Of a stretch of 64,000 nucleotides of DNA, positions 25,446-41,208 are shown one piece after another. Every line of letters starts with the position of its first letter. Positions within the stretch are counted from its first letter, which is position 1. This DNA comes from Eledone cirrhosa. Lineage: Eukaryota. The notes under the pieces were generated by a model. It saw only the letters and a list, made by a program, of their open reading frames with translations, searched no databases and was not told the origin of the DNA. The position numbers and the translations under genes were made by a program. Location: the NCBI GenBank assembly GCA_964016885.1, contig OZ024741.1, forward strand, positions 321,036,001 through 321,100,000, given 5' to 3'.

Positions 25446-26619
25446 ATAATACAATACATAGAACAGTGCAGTGCATGCACTGTATACTTCTCAAAAGAAA
25501 GATTGAATTAGCTTACCCTGATTTATTGGGATATGTTAATATCTAAACACTGTATTAGCTGAATCAGACGGTTATGTAACCATTGGTAGAGATAAATTAA
25601 GTATAACTACATTTAGAAATCTAAAACTATATATATATTTTGTAAGATCATTTGTGTTTAATTCAAGAAAACCTTTTTTATATACCCACCTCATGGAAGA
25701 GTAATAAGTACACATGCCACATATAGTAATATATACATGCACACACATACAAACATACAAACACATATACATAGGCATACAATCACATATAAATCTTATA
25801 AATAAATGCCGTGTTTAGTTTCATTATAATGTGGAAATAGAAGATATTAAGTTGATGACTAATTATATAGGCATACAATCACATAAATATACACATCTTC
25901 AAATATATACAAATAGTATTAGTTTAGGTTAAGATTGTTCACAGGTAATATTGAACTAACATGATGTTTGACTGCTCTACGATGGCTCCTCAGTTTACGT
26001 ACTATCACTGTATGCGGTGCAGTATCTATAGCAAACTTATTTAAATGTCAAGAACCTAGTCAACCACGTTATAGTTATGTAAATGCTTAAAGTTGTAAGC
26101 TGCCGTAATACTGCACTTGTACGTGAGAATAGCTGCAACATTATAAACTGCTTTATTGGTTCACAGTTCCAAGTTTCTGATATCTGCCTGGAATATGTGA
26201 TAGAAGCACTAACAATATGGTGCTGCTTTCAATTCTATCACCACCGCAACAAGAATAAACTCAGAAGCAGAGCCAATAAAAGCTGTAGGCGATCATTGAA
26301 GGTGAAAATAATGTCTCGTCTGCTTTAATGAATCTGTGAACAATTATTAGTGAAAGATCGGATATATCGCCTAGTTTCAATGAAATTGTGAACGGCCATT
26401 AAATCGAAGTGGAAATTGCAAGAAATATACTGTCAACTTAATCCATTTGTTATGATTCGTAGAGGTTTCATCAATTTTACACATAAACACCTTTGAGACG
26501 TGAATAATAATTGTGACCATCATAGGCAATTACCTTTACACATATACTCGCTATTCACACATACAATCATATACACACGCAGTTTTTCTCTCTTTTTCAT
26601 TTCTTTTCCTTCTTTCACT

Positions 26620-26721
<102 letters not shown>

Positions 26722-26802
26722 TTTTTGCTATATATTTTCTTACTCGGCCATACAGACACACAGACATACGATAGGTAAGCAAATATATACGTACGTGTGA
26801 GT

Positions 26803-26860
<58 letters not shown>

Positions 26861-26883
26861 TATATATATATTGTATATATATA

Positions 26884-26964
<81 letters not shown>

Positions 26965-27852
26965 TCAGCGAGAATCGCATTTCGGCGGGTAGAAAAAGCG
27001 AAACGTAACGCAAATTCCGAGTCATGCTGGCAAGCGCTCCATGGGCTTAAAAGACCAGAGCGATAAACATAGGTTATAAAGGCCATACAAACTGAGAAGG
27101 CGGTTAAGAAGCCATTAACCACCTAACCCATAAAACAACTCAAGCTACACAGGTCAGACAAAATAAATGACATATTCATATATATATATATACATATATA
27201 CATATATATAACAAACTTGGACCCTTGGAATTGATGGTAAAATCGAGTACAGGGTTTCTGCGACACCTAAATCAATAATACTGTCTGCTTAAAACAAAAG
27301 CTTTTGGTATAATGATCGAACGCGGAATATCACCTTATCAACAGGTATTTTGTTCTGCGCCAGTGTTGTGGATGACACGGTGTTTTGTAAAAGCACATGT
27401 GTAACTCACAGAGGAAAAACCCTAGATTTTGGCAAATGGATTCAGTATGTGTAAATCCATGCAGAAAATTGTATAAATAGCACAAATCGAATAAGCTGTC
27501 GACCGAGTAGTTTTTATAAGAAACTTATCCAATGTTACGTACATTTCACAGATGATCGAGTCAAGATTAACTATAGAAGCTATGAAGCCGACACCAGCAT
27601 CCAACTGTTCGTCAGACTCGATGATTCAGCAATAATGATAATACCAATAACGAAAATAATTAGTATTCGAGGAACCTCATTGTCAGGTGTCTTGTTTTGA
27701 ATATATCTATCAAGAAATGCATGTCAGTGGACGCCTGGCTGACCATCAACTATTCCAATCTTCATACATCCCTACCCACCACACACGTACATATATACCC
27801 ACTCAAAAGAGAATATACAGACATAAACACACGCACATACGCACAAGCACAT

Positions 27853-27955
<103 letters not shown>

Positions 27956-27964
27956 AAAATAAAA

Positions 27965-27992
<28 letters not shown>

Positions 27993-27995
<3 letters not shown>

Positions 27996-28560
27996 GGTTA
28001 ACACAAATCAATATATTTGATAAACACAAATATCCTCATATTTATGTTTGTATTGTAAATGACCAAGTTAGCTAGATAGAAATATACTAATAATAATATT
28101 ACAGTTTGCCTATCATGACTTAAGATAATACATCATAAATCAACAAAAACAAATTGTATTGGCAATGGCCGTAGTGCTTGGACAAATTTAAATTTCAAAA
28201 TCAAACCTGTTCCGTAGACAGGTTTAAACCTTAAAATCCAAATATGTTTCGAATAATGAAAAAGTGGAAGAAAATATCGCATTTTGATCTCCTCAGCAAG
28301 CACTATAAAAATTGGTATGTTCCACTTCAAAATATTTAGGAAGACTGTTTAGCGCACGAGGTAACCTCATGCGGTTATCCAGTGTCTAGCTAGCCACATA
28401 CTCGTGCTGCTAGAAATAACAGCCGTTTGTATGGGGCTAAAATCAGCTCAACGAAGGAGCAGTGAAAAATCAATAATAATGAGTTCAAATCTCAGGCGAT
28501 CATTTACAATGAAATAGCTCGAAGAAAGAGTATTTCTGAGCCGTGTAATATAGGTTAACA
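27993..28560 (-). mobile_element. ~557 bp monomer of the GGCTCAGAAA retrozyme-like family
   Basis: Homologous to 6286-6836; ataggttaaca at both ends (period 557); HHR-like CTGAGGA-GA...TC-GAAA-CATA-TT at 28237-28300. Confidence 0.7.
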
Positions 28561-28619
28561 TTATTATTGATTATATATATAGGTTAACATTATTATTGAT
28601 TATATATTTATATATATAT

Positions 28620-28811
28620 ATAGGAAAATGTTTAACCCCGACGGCAGAGCTCAAGGTATTTCGACGGCTATTTCTGGACTCGAGTCCAAAAATAGCCGTC
28701 GAAAGCTCTGCCGTCGGGATTAAACATTTTCCTGTTACCCACTCTACTACACTAAGTATTGAGTACTCTGGTGCATTATGGTCCATCTGGTTCCTTACCG
28801 CATCTCCTTCG

Positions 28812-28813
<2 letters not shown>
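28620..28813 (+). repeat. Hairpin plus tail fragment of the U3-A8 family
   Basis: Inverted arms centred on ggactcgagtcc; same tail. Confidence 0.8.
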
Positions 28814-28871
<58 letters not shown>

Positions 28872-29063
28872 TTAAGGTAAATATTGTTGCAAATCGATTC
28901 AAACACTCAACGTACTTTTTCCACATAGGAGTGACGGAGTATATTCAGGATAAGAAAATGCAAAGTGATTGAAATATGTATCACCGCATTATCATTTAAG
29001 GACTTTAACATCTGAAACTACTTTGATTTTCTTATTCTCTTTCTCTCTCTCTCTCTCTCTCTA

Positions 29064-29098
<35 letters not shown>

Positions 29099-29188
29099 AA
29101 GAAACGGAGTTAAAGACTCGCGTTAATCACCGGTAATGAGCTCAATGAATAGATTACCGGGCTCTCATATATATATATATATGTGTGT

Positions 29189-29265
<77 letters not shown>

Positions 29266-29268
<3 letters not shown>

Positions 29269-29457
29269 GAAAAGAGTCAGAACTCCGACGGCTGAGCTCC
29301 GGCCGTTTCGACAGTTACATCAAACCTAGTTATCGAAACGGCCGGAGTTCAGCCGTCGGAGTCCTGACTCTTTTCCTATTACCCACTCTACTACCCTAAG
29401 TATCGAGTACTCTGGTGCGTTATGGTCCACCTGGTTCCTTACTATACTCCCTTCGTT
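29266..29457 (+). repeat. Hairpin plus tail fragment, diverged subfamily of the U3-A8 family
   Basis: taggaaaagagtcag..ccgtttcga / tcgaaacgg..ctgactcttttccta arms; GAAA-CGGC..GCCG-TC retained. Confidence 0.75.
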
Positions 29458-32400
29458 ATATATATACAAGTGGGCATACCTATGCACTCAAACCCTTACA
29501 TATGCATACACCCACGCAAAATATAGGCCCGATGTTTATACTTACCGAACATTTTATCGATCAAAACAAACACTGATTTTTTTGTTGACTCTCCAAAACA
29601 CACACACATACATCCGTAAGATGTTCACAGTTCAAAGACACTCTTATAGTTACTTGCAAAATGAGAAAGAGGAGAGCTAAACAGAGGAATAGCAGATGAT
29701 GGAGGTGATTTTCTTCTGTTACATATTTATGTGTACAATAATTCTTATCAGTTTGAAAATTATGTTCAAGTATTAGTTTAGCAAGATATTTCCTCACTCT
29801 GTTTAATACCCTCTTCATTGGGAATTCTGTTAAGGTAAGCTTCTGTTATTTAAATGACACTGCCTCTAAAATATTAAATCATGAACTAGCTAGGAAATCA
29901 ATTGCTCCATCATTATTGTAATTTTAGAAATATAGCCAATACCTTCAAAAGAAGTATAGAGCAGATGTTTCAGACAGTGAAAGTACGGAAAAGACATATT
30001 TGCCTAGTCAAAATCTCGTTCAAGATGCGATATACAATAGTATGTATATATATCTTCAGTTCAGAGTTAAATGTAAACCCATTTCTTTGACAGAGTTCAT
30101 CTGATACCTGATATATCGAGAAATAGAAATGCTACAATCTAATGGAGTATGGCTACAAAGGCAAATCAAGATCAATTAAGTTGCAACATATCTGAATATG
30201 AAGACGGATATCAATATTAGCCGAATATACAAATCCAGAATCAACTGCGAACATTTGAAATGTATAAAGAGACAATACTTGATGATTTATGATCCATCGA
30301 GATAAAGATTTTTTCTTTCATTTGATTATAATTAATGTAATAAACTGTCATAAGTATTCTAATGGATGATATTAATGTATCTTTATATGCTGATCTAAAT
30401 TGCTGATCTAAATATGTATTCAGAATTTTCTTTGTGACGCCCGGTTCATTTTTTTCCTGATTTAGCGTATAAAATCATCAGATAAAAAAAATTATGAATT
30501 TGATAACATAATTACATCTACAAATTTTAATATCAATATCTATGTGATATTAATTGTAATGTAGAATTAATAAAATTCTTGAAGAATAAATTTGGTCCGA
30601 GAAGCAGAATGTGCAGATTGAAACATGTTTACACTTGTTCAGTCATGAATATAATATTAGTAAATAGAACAACTCTATGCGTGTCTACTACCGCACTATT
30701 AAAAGTCTTGAGTGTGTTGCTTTTTGTTGGTTGAAACCAGTGTTGTGTTCATTTAGATGTTTTTGCATGTTGTGGAACTCTCTGGATCATTCAAATTTGT
30801 CTGCTGTGTATGCGATTACATACACATTTGTTATACTATTTAGTAAACTTCTCACGTCACATAACTTGGAAAGAACCAAAAGATCTCATAACTGTCATTT
30901 ATGTCTTCTGAGTTCAAAATCAAAGAGCTTAATTAAATACCATAATTTATAATACCTTAAGTTTTCAATGAGTTCAATTCACCGAAGTGCTTGACTTTCA
31001 TACGAAATAACCATGAGTATGTTACTGTACCTTTAAATGTATAACACGAAGCTTAAACTAAAAGATGAAGATATTTCTGAACCAATATTCTAGACACCCT
31101 ATTCTGCCACTAGACCATATTTACTACATGCCACACAAAAATATGATAAAGAAATGTTGCAAAATGACTTGGATGCTGCACAAAATATACAGTAAGAATC
31201 AGATATTTTCATTTCCTTTAAAATGGAAGAGGAATTGAGGAGGCCTGGCATCACAAGAAGAGGAACGTAACGTATGACTCAACATATACAGCACAGAGAA
31301 TGAAAGGGATATATATATATATATATATAGTGACGAAACATAAGTCAATTGCATGAACTATAATATATATATAACCCTTTCATTCTCTGTCTATCACCCT
31401 GACACCGTCACAATATTTCCCCATATCATGAGGCGTCTCTCATATATCTTTCATACATTTTCACATAATTTAATTGCGCTTACACACACCTTAACTACAC
31501 CGACAACATCGAACGTCTTCTGTCAAAGATTTATAGACACGTACATACACTCACAGACATACAAACACCCACAGACGCACACACACACACATAAACTCAC
31601 ACATATGCATATATATATGTGTGGGGGGGGGGGGGGGGGGGTATTTGTATATATATATTATATAATATGAAATATGCATACACGCCATACTCAAGTGTAG
31701 TGCATTGTGACAAACACATATACACACACATATTCAAGTTAACCATTATGCATAATATACGCGGCCGTAAGACGAATTACTAATGAACCAAGTGAGACGT
31801 AGAAAAGGTTAAAAGATTAGAGATTTTAGCCATTAATTCATAATTTATCCATATTCTTCGCATTAATTCTCGTCCAGACTTCAGTAGCTAATATTATGTT
31901 ATGTAAGACATCAATAGGCAAAGCATGGTTCTGTGGTTTACTAAGTTGATGAAGAATTGTCTTTGAAGCAAGTGCGTATTACTTTGAGGTTAAAAGTTCA
32001 GTTGAAGTATATAGATATGTATATCTTTCTACTTTGTCTAATAACTAAATTAGATACTAAATTTAAGAGTGAAGAAATTGGTACTTCTTGTAATGTATAA
32101 TAGGATCTGTACTAACTTGGGACGGGTTTAAAATCGTGTTTACATACTTCAGGTATGATTTTATATTTATCTTGTTTATTAGTGGTCGAGAAAGTAGGAT
32201 TAGATTGTATAAGATGCTTATGTCCATCAAACAGCCTTTATTCTTTCCGGTACATGGATGGACGAGAAAATAATAAGAGCTCAATAGAACTTTGACATAC
32301 ACGCCCACTCTGTTGCTTCTTTAATGGCATTTACTTTTAAACGGTTGACAAAGGTTGTGCTGGAACAACCCCTGCGTATGAGTAGGTGGTAATTATTTTA

Positions 32401-32596
32401 CACATATGCACACATTTAAATAATCCCACTAATATACATACATACATACATACATACATACATACATACATACATACATACATACATCAAAATTTGCAAA
32501 ACATTCTTGCGATTCAAGGGATGACAATTTCTTTTCTTTTACAACCTTGCCACCATGAAGGTGGCCGGTCAAAATATTTACTCGAAATTAAGAGAA

Positions 32597-32656
<60 letters not shown>

Positions 32657-33419
32657 TGTATATATATTACAAATGGAAATTTGGTAAAATCGAAGTTCTG
32701 GCTGTGGCCAAGCTAACGAGATACAATTAGATTTGTGCAGCAAAGCACTCAGTAGGGTGTATCACCCTAGAGTAATTAACATACGTTAGCGTGACAAATT
32801 GAAAACTGCGACAGGCGGGCCTAGCCACATAATACACCAAAACAACGAAAATACATTCAGGTTAGATAACATATATATATATAATCATACAGAACAAGAA
32901 ATGTATCCACACACAGACACCACACATACGTTTAATACTGAGAGTGATGAGTGTGTGTATGTGAGTCTCTATGTGGGTGTTTGTGTGGGTATGAATGTAT
33001 GTATACTTGTATAGTCATTATATTTGAATGTGGTATATTTGTTTTTGCTGGTTTTTATGGTGAAACTCGAGTACACGTCCACAAATGTACAAATACATTT
33101 GTATACACCTCTCTCTCTCTTTTCTCTCTTGAATAATCCCTTCATCGAAGCATTCATTTTGCTTTTTCTAAGGGCTAGAATATATGTGGCTCACCATACC
33201 TGCATACTCATAGAATTCTCCGCTACCTGGAGCAGTTGATCAGACAGAAAATTCATAATCAGAAACACATACAACAGATTAGCGACCCAAAGGTCAGACA
33301 TATTACATTGAGTCATCTTTTTGAAACAGGCAGGACTAAAATGTTTAAACATTATCATTTTATAGACATTATGACTCAAGTAAATTTAAAAGAGTCTAGT
33401 CAAAGTCAAAAGTCTGTAT

Positions 33420-33630
33420 CAAGCCTGGAGGCTCATCAGGTCGGTGTTTATCCCGGTTTCCATGTCGTTAAGCGACTGAAAGTAAAATACTTCCTCCCCA
33501 AACATGATGCCAATCCATCGCAGGGCTAAACTCCCAGCTGTTGCTGGTACTCATTTTCAGTTGAGTATACTGGAACAACATGAAATGAAGTGTTGTACTC
33601 AAGAACACAACACACAACTCAGTCCAGGAA
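33420..33630 (-). mobile_element. tRNA-derived SINE (second family), diverged
   Basis: Reverse-complement homology to 35734-36000. Confidence 0.7.
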
Positions 33631-34867
33631 TTGAACCTACACCGTTATGGTCATAAGTCCAACACCCTTACCACTAGGCCACGCTTTAAAAGAGACGTAA
33701 AAGAAAATAAGTATAATGGAAAGCTCGAACAAATTCTCAATGGACAATAATATTGATTTGATTTAGTTTAATTTATTTTAACTTATTTTAGTTTGGTATG
33801 ATTTAGTTTAATGTTCATTTTATTATTTTTATTAATTGTGAATATTTTATAGGCCAATTTCCTTTTACCTATCTTCGGCGTAAAATTAAGTCATCCAGAA
33901 CTTGTAAAATATATGAAGTATGAAAATATTTAGTAGATGGTATTACTTTAGCTACTTTAACGGCCGAAATAATAGAGAAAATAAGAAATATAATAAAATA
34001 TTATAATTCAGTTCTGTTGGAATTTGGGTAAACTAGTGAACGATAAAGATGGCGAACAGATTTAAACCTAGAACAACTGGATAGAAAGAAAGATATTCCA
34101 ATGCCACGAAAGAAAAGACAGACACAATACAAAACTTTGAGCGCAATCAAGAAAGACTGAAGCTCAGAAATAATATAATGAAACTAAAAGAAAAGGAACA
34201 GGAAGAATTCAACAAGAAACTAAAGGAGAACGAAATAGAATATCTAGAAATAAACAAACTACGAGACACATTCGTAATGTAAAAGCCAACAATTCCGTGA
34301 AGCGGATATTGAACATTGAAATAAGAAAAATATATTTGCCATCATTATCAACAGTAAGGGAACATTAATATGTATTTGTTAGAGAGGAAGCCATACATAT
34401 GATAATAGACACAGGAAAATTCAAAATTGATTGATAAATAGAGGACAAATGATTCCCGAATTCGCTTGATAAAAATATACGCGGTTGATTAATGTAAATA
34501 GTATATTATGAGATGGTTTGTTTGTTGTTTCTTAACATTATCCAGTTTGCGTGTATATATGTGTGTGCTTGAGTGAGTGTATTTGTATTTGTGTATGTTA
34601 GTGTGTGTGTTGGTGTGTGTGTCTGTGTGTGTATTGGTGTGTGTTATTGGGTGTTTAAATGATGTTTACTTGTTTATGAGAGTTGTCTGTGTTCTTTAGG
34701 TGAGATGAGATGTCATTTCTATGATGGTGACTTCTTTGTGTTGCTCTATCATTTTTTCCGCTTTCTTTGGTTGAGCTTTCATTTTGTTTTTATTTCTATC
34801 GTTTTCTAACCCGCTTCCTACGGCTTTCTAACTCGTTTTTCTCCTTCACTTCCCAATAAATCTTGTT

Positions 34868-34919
<52 letters not shown>

Positions 34920-35670
34920 CGCTCGCTCGCTCGCTCACTCTCTCCCTCTCTCTCTCTCCTCACTTCTCTCTCCCTCCCCACCTCTCACTCTCATTGTTCT
35001 CTCCCTCATTCTCATTCTCCTTCTCCCTTTCTCATTTTCGCTCTCCCTCTCCCTCTCGCATTCTCGTATCCTCTCTCTCTCTCTGCCTCTCTCTCTCTCT
35101 CTCTCTCTCATTGTGCTGCTTTTTTGTTTCTTTTCTTTGCCGTTTTATATTTTAACTTTCATTTTCTTTTCGCTTTTTTACATTTTTCCGTCTGTTTCAT
35201 CTTCTTTCGATATTTTTCTATGATTTTCCTGTTTGTTTTTTATTGTACGTTTTTTTTTCTGTTTTTTTTCGCAGTCTCTGATATTCGGCCAGTCTTTTTT
35301 CTTCTCTTCCATCTGTCAAATTCTTCCGGTTGTTTTCATGATTTTTATTCGCCTTCTTTCACCTTCTCTCGTAAAAGGCGGTAAATTGGCAGAATTACTT
35401 GAACCTCAGATAGAATACCTTATGGTTTTCGTACGATCTCTCGTGTTCAAATCTCGCAGAGTTCAACTTTGTTTTCATCCTTTCAGAATACCAGCCCAGA
35501 ACAGTGGTTGAGTCGTTCCTTTCTCCCCTCTCTCCCTCTCTCTCTCTCACTCTCTCACTCTTTCTTTCTCTCTCTCTCTCTCTCACATACACACTTCTCT
35601 CTCTCTCCTCTCTCTCTCTCTCCCTTCTGTCCTCTCCCTCTGTCCTCTCTTTCTCTCTCCCTCTGTTATA

Positions 35671-35733
<63 letters not shown>

Positions 35734-36140
35734 GAAGGCGCATGGCTTAGTGGTTAGAGCAGTAGGCTTGCAATTGAAAGGTTGTGAGTTCAATTCTCGG
35801 ACCGGGGGATGTGTTGTTTCCTTGAGCAAGACACTTTATTTCACGTTGCTCCAGTATACTCAGCTGAAAATGAGTACCAGCAATAGCTGGAGGTTTAACC
35901 CTGCGATGGACTGGCGTCTTGTCCAGGGGGGGGGGGTGAAGTCTTGTACTCTCAGTCGCTTCACGCCATGAAACCGGGATAAGCATCGGCCAAATGGCCC
36001 TTCTGGCTTAAGACAGACTTACGGCCTGCTCGCCCAGCCAGTAGGATGGCGTTATCGTATGGCTAAAACAGCATGTGCTGTGACCAGCGGCGCTGAATGG
36101 CGCCCGACAGACTGGTCGGTCAATGTGATCAAGGTGATAC
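35734..36140 (+). mobile_element. tRNA-derived SINE (second family)
   Basis: A box TGGCTTAGTGG, B box GAGTTCAATTC, then ccttgagcaagacactttat...aaccctgcgatggactgg...gaaaccggg; head fragment also at ~62791-62860. Confidence 0.8.
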
Positions 36141-37510
36141 ATATATATATTTGTATCTCTGCTTATATTGATCTAGTTAAAATAATGTGTTATTACATGC
36201 AGAGCTATACACGGAAAATACAATAGGAAGTACGAATAATTAACATGTAATCCCTAAATTACCCATGTTTATCTGCTAATCACTGGATTATTTTAAACAA
36301 ATTTTAATTAAATTATGTGTACATTAAAAAAAAAGAAAAGTAGAAAAACAAAAATAACGGTAGTAAGAAGAATGGGAAAAACCAGCCACGCCAAATCTCC
36401 TTCTAATGACGTCGTTTAACGCAACATAAAAAAAACAACAACTTGTCAAGAGAGCGTATGCATTCTGAACCCGTCAACCATGGCATTTGTGTGACTGACA
36501 GACGTGGAGGCCAAGGCACCTGAAAATTCAAATGTGAGTGCGTTCATCATCAAGAAGGCTACCAGTTGATGAGTAGAGCATCGAATTGGACCGTGCCCCA
36601 TTGTTTGGCTTCGAAGCAGAGGCAAGCGTGACTGGGTTGATTCAAGGAATACTTGAACCACAATCAAGCTACCCTGCATTTGATGTCGTCCATGTTGCAT
36701 TAGTATTATGCATACTGGGGAAGAGGGTGACCATTTCCAATACAAACGTTCAGAACTGAGCCGAAATCCCATTCAATTGATATTCACTTTGCTACGAATA
36801 TTCTAATACACATTCTTCTTTTTACATTTTTCTTATATATCATTGGTGTAAATATATTTCCATTTAAATAGGAGCATATATATATGTGTGTGTGTGTGTG
36901 TGTGCGTTTATGTATTGATTACAATGTTAAAAATAAATATCACGCATTACAAAAATGTATAGTAGTGTACATGTATATAAAGTAATATAAACAACATATT
37001 TTCCTTCATTGATACTTTCAGTTTCCTATCTAAGGACATCTATCAGCTTTCATTCTTTATTCATTTTAACTTTTCCAGAATGATATATTGGAAACATAGA
37101 CCACATCCGTTTCCCTTATAGAGCCTAATGCTTAAATGATAGAATAAACTATTTCCCCTTAAAAGTATAATGAACTCTAAATAAACAAAATTAGGTCAAA
37201 ATAGAAAAGAAGATAAATTAATCTAAGTCTCATAAAGAATTGGGGAAAATAAATACACGAGAAATATAAAAGTGAATAGAGAAAAATAAGATGAAAGGTG
37301 AATGATAAAGAACATATGCATCCATAATACATGTGTGGTACGTGTTTGTGTTTGTGTGTTTAGAGGAAGTTACTTGAGTAGAAAAGTATATAGTCCGGCT
37401 ATGTCCATTCTGAAAAATGGCTGACTGAATACGCAGTGCGTGGGGTTTTTTTCGTTTGTTTCCTCATTCTCGCTCTTTATCTTATCTTTTTATTAATCTT
37501 CTATTTCTAA

Positions 37511-37550
37511 CTTTATTTTCTGGTGAAGGACTAGTGTCCGAAACATAAAG
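37511..37550 (+). ncRNA. Degenerate HHR-like motif
   Basis: CTGGTGA-A-GGAC tagt GTCC-GAAA-C; core A6G change and no clear UH site. Confidence 0.35.
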
Positions 37551-37672
37551 ACTCTTTTCCTGCTATATCAAACGTTAAAATATTATATTTCTTCAATGTA
37601 CTGCCGTTTGCTTTGTTATTTCTGTTTATCTTTTACACACACACGCACACACACACAAAGACAAACACACAC

Positions 37673-37746
<74 letters not shown>

Positions 37747-37778
37747 ATATACATATATATATACATATATGTATATTT

Positions 37779-37881
<103 letters not shown>

Positions 37882-38082
37882 AGTATGTATACGTATTTAC
37901 ATATATGTATACAGACGTACAGTAGTATGTATATATATACATACATGCACACATATATATGGACGTATGGATTTACCGAACATTTATTATAATGCTCGGT
38001 GTGTTTGTAAACAAACATCCCGAATTAAGCCCTACAGTGTTTAGCAGCCATCGTTGCCCTTTTGTTCAACACAGACAAAGGA

Positions 38083-38125
38083 ACGATGTACTAGTTTCAA
38101 GCTTATTAGCTATCGTCAGCACCGT
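38083..38125 (-). ncRNA. Type I hammerhead ribozyme, unit 1
   Basis: ACGGTG-CTGACGA-T-AGCT aata AGCT-T-GAAA-CTAG-TA-CATCGT; palindromic ACTAGT stem III; GUA triplet; U10.1-U11.1. Confidence 0.85.
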
Positions 38126-38507
38126 ATACCTTCCTGCCAGATGATTGAACGTCTGAAAGTATATACTTTCCTTATGCATATTAACGGCTGAGCAGCCTAA
38201 TTTGCATATCGAGTGAGTTAATCGGCCGGACGCACCGAAAACGATAAACGGAAAAAATGAAACGAAATTTCATTTCTCACTCTTAGTACGGCTGTTACTT
38301 AAATATAAGTATATATACGTACATACATATATGTATACAGACGTACGGTAGTATGTATATATGTATACATGCACACATATATATATGTACGTATGGATTT
38401 ACCGAACATTTATTATAATGCTCGGTGTGTTTGTAAACAAACATCCCGAATTAACCCTACAGTGTTTAGCAGCCATCGTTGCCCTTTTGTTCAACACAGA
38501 CAAAGGA

Positions 38508-38550
38508 ACGATGTACTAGTTTCAAGCTTATTAGCTATCGTCAGCACCGT
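38508..38550 (-). ncRNA. Type I hammerhead ribozyme, unit 2
   Basis: Identical to unit 1. Confidence 0.85.
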
Positions 38551-38935
38551 ATACCTTCCTGCCAGATGATTGAACGTCTAAAAGTATATACTTTCCTTAT
38601 GCATATTAACGGCTGAGCAGCCTAATTTCCATATCGAGTGAGTTAATCGGCCGGGCGCACCGAAAACGATAAACGGAAAAAATGAAACGAAATTTCATTT
38701 CTCACTCTTAGTACGGCTGTTACTTAAATATAAGTATGTATACGTACATACATATATGTATACAGACGTACAGTAGTATGTATATATATGCATACATGCA
38801 CACATATATATATGTACGTATGGATTTACCGAACATTTATTATAATGCTCGGTCTGTTTGTAAACAAACATCCCGAATTAAGCCGTACAGTGTTTAGCAA
38901 CCATCGTTGCCCTTTTGTTCAACACTGACAAAGGA

Positions 38936-38978
38936 ACGATGTACTAGTTTCAAGCTTATTAGCTATCGTCAGCACCGT
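38936..38978 (-). ncRNA. Type I hammerhead ribozyme, unit 3
   Basis: Identical to unit 1. Confidence 0.85.
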
Positions 38979-39186
38979 ATACCTTCCTGCCAGATGATTG
39001 AACGTCTGAAAGTATATACTTTCCTTATGCATATTAACGGCTGAGCAGCCTAATTTGCATATCGTGTAAGTTAATCGGCCGGGCGCACCGAAAACGATAA
39101 ACGGAAAAAATGAAACGAAATTTCATTTCTCACTCTTAGTACGGCTGTTACTTAAATATAAGTATGAATACGTACATACATATATG

Positions 39187-39243
<57 letters not shown>

Positions 39244-39390
39244 TATACATATATTTATACATATTTCCCACTCTACTACCCTAAGTATTGAGTACTCTGG
39301 TGCGTTATGGTCCATCTGGTTCCTTACCACAATTCCTTTGTTATACATATATATATATATATATACATACATATATAAATATATAAACAT

Positions 39391-39449
<59 letters not shown>

Positions 39450-39450
39450 C

Positions 39451-39546
<96 letters not shown>

Positions 39547-40698
39547 TCATATATATATTCAACTTATACGTTTTTGATGACTTAAACTCTAGCCAATTTT
39601 GAAGTGACTAAATATGTATTTTAAATACTTTTAATATTAATTAATTTAAAAAGGTTTTCTAGTCAATTCTCCGGTTTACATTTCTATCTTTTCTTTTACT
39701 TAACCGCTTGTGACACCTAAGTAAATATACTTGTTTTTGTTTTTCGATCTTCGGTTTATTTTATTTGTTTTTTTACTACCACACGCTGTCTCTCGCATTC
39801 ATGTAATTTCATCAATATATGTCTGTGTATGTCTACCACGTAAATATATATATTAAGCATTTCCTTAGACTTTGTTTGATATTTGATATTAACGTTGTTA
39901 TATCATATCATTTTTATGTAATCGTATTATAGATTTTAATATATGTTATTTGAAGTACTGTTCTGTTATATTTTGTAATATTTTGTGATATTTTGGTAAT
40001 ATTTATGCCAATGTAAAATGACTTGACCTCCGTGTATTTGTTACAATGGTATAGATATTTTTTCAACACAATTTAGTTCTATATGATTTTTTCTTATCCT
40101 GTGTAAAACTTTATACTATTTGTTAACCTTGAATTATATATATGATGTAATTTTGTATATCTTTTGATGCCAATATATTATAATATTGTTATTATAATGT
40201 TATTATAATGTTTTTATATTGTTTATGCACACTGACAGGGAATTATATATTATATTTTATTTTTATTTTTATCTTTATTCTTATTTTTATCTTTATTATA
40301 TTATACTGTAAACAATATATATATATATATTTAAATACTAAATAAGTGTTAGTTTGTGTTTGTACTAATGTATATATGTATAGATATATATATATATATA
40401 CATATATTAAGCTTTTTATTATCACCATCTATTATATTATATTATATATCGTACTGTAATTCTCGCATTATATTACCATTTGTGTTTCAAGTTTTTGCAT
40501 TATACAATATTTGCAATGTGGGTTCAACGTGTTAATCACTTCCATGCTATTTGGTCTATATCTATGTTTGTAACTGCTCACTCTTAATCTTAGCCAACTT
40601 TTCCTTGATATCTTTCCTAAGCTTTAATAAATGTATACTCCATATTCTTGTGAGTTTTGGGCTTGTATTGGCCGATAGTGCTTCTTGTAGCTTTACTT

Positions 40699-40736
40699 GC
40701 CCTGATGAGTCCTTAATAGGACGAAACATTGTTGGC
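40699..40736 (+). ncRNA. Canonical minimal type I hammerhead
   Basis: GCC-CTGATGA-GTCCT taat AGGAC-GAAA-CATTG-TT-GGC followed by AATAAA, near the end of an AT-rich non-coding block (~39560-40890). Confidence 0.82.
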
Positions 40737-40929
40737 TAATAAAGACTTTTGATGTATTGAAGGCTTCTTTGGGTTATTTTTTATAATTCTTCGGCTCTGT
40801 TTAATTACATTGAGCTATATCTCATACTGTCATTTCTATAATATGAAGAGGGTGTTTAACTCCAACACACTCTAGTATTTTAATTCTTATATATATTCAT
40901 ATATATATATATATACATAAATATATATA

Positions 40930-40996
<67 letters not shown>

Positions 40997-41100
40997 TAAA
41001 TATATATATATACTGTATATATATAAATATATATATACATATTTATATATACATATATATATATACATGCATATATATATATTCATACATATATATATAT

Positions 41101-41208
41101 ATCATCAGCATTGTATACCTTCCTGGCAGATGGTTGAACGTCTGAAAGTATATACTTTCCTTATGCGCAGCCGTTAATATGCATAAGGAAAGTATATACT
41201 TTCAGACG

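Noticed and set aside
29561-30952. Short non-repetitive ORFs as host exons
   Set aside because: No recognisable domain, frequent stops, and no supported splice structure.
31293-31390. 16-bp inverted repeat around a (TA)n-containing spacer
   Set aside because: Too short to assign; no second copy or TSD seen.
35734-35810. tRNA gene
   Set aside because: A and B boxes are present but there is no complete cloverleaf, and it continues into a SINE body.
36440-36780. Possible Tc1-like transposase remnant or host exon
   Set aside because: No intact catalytic motif or consistent frame.
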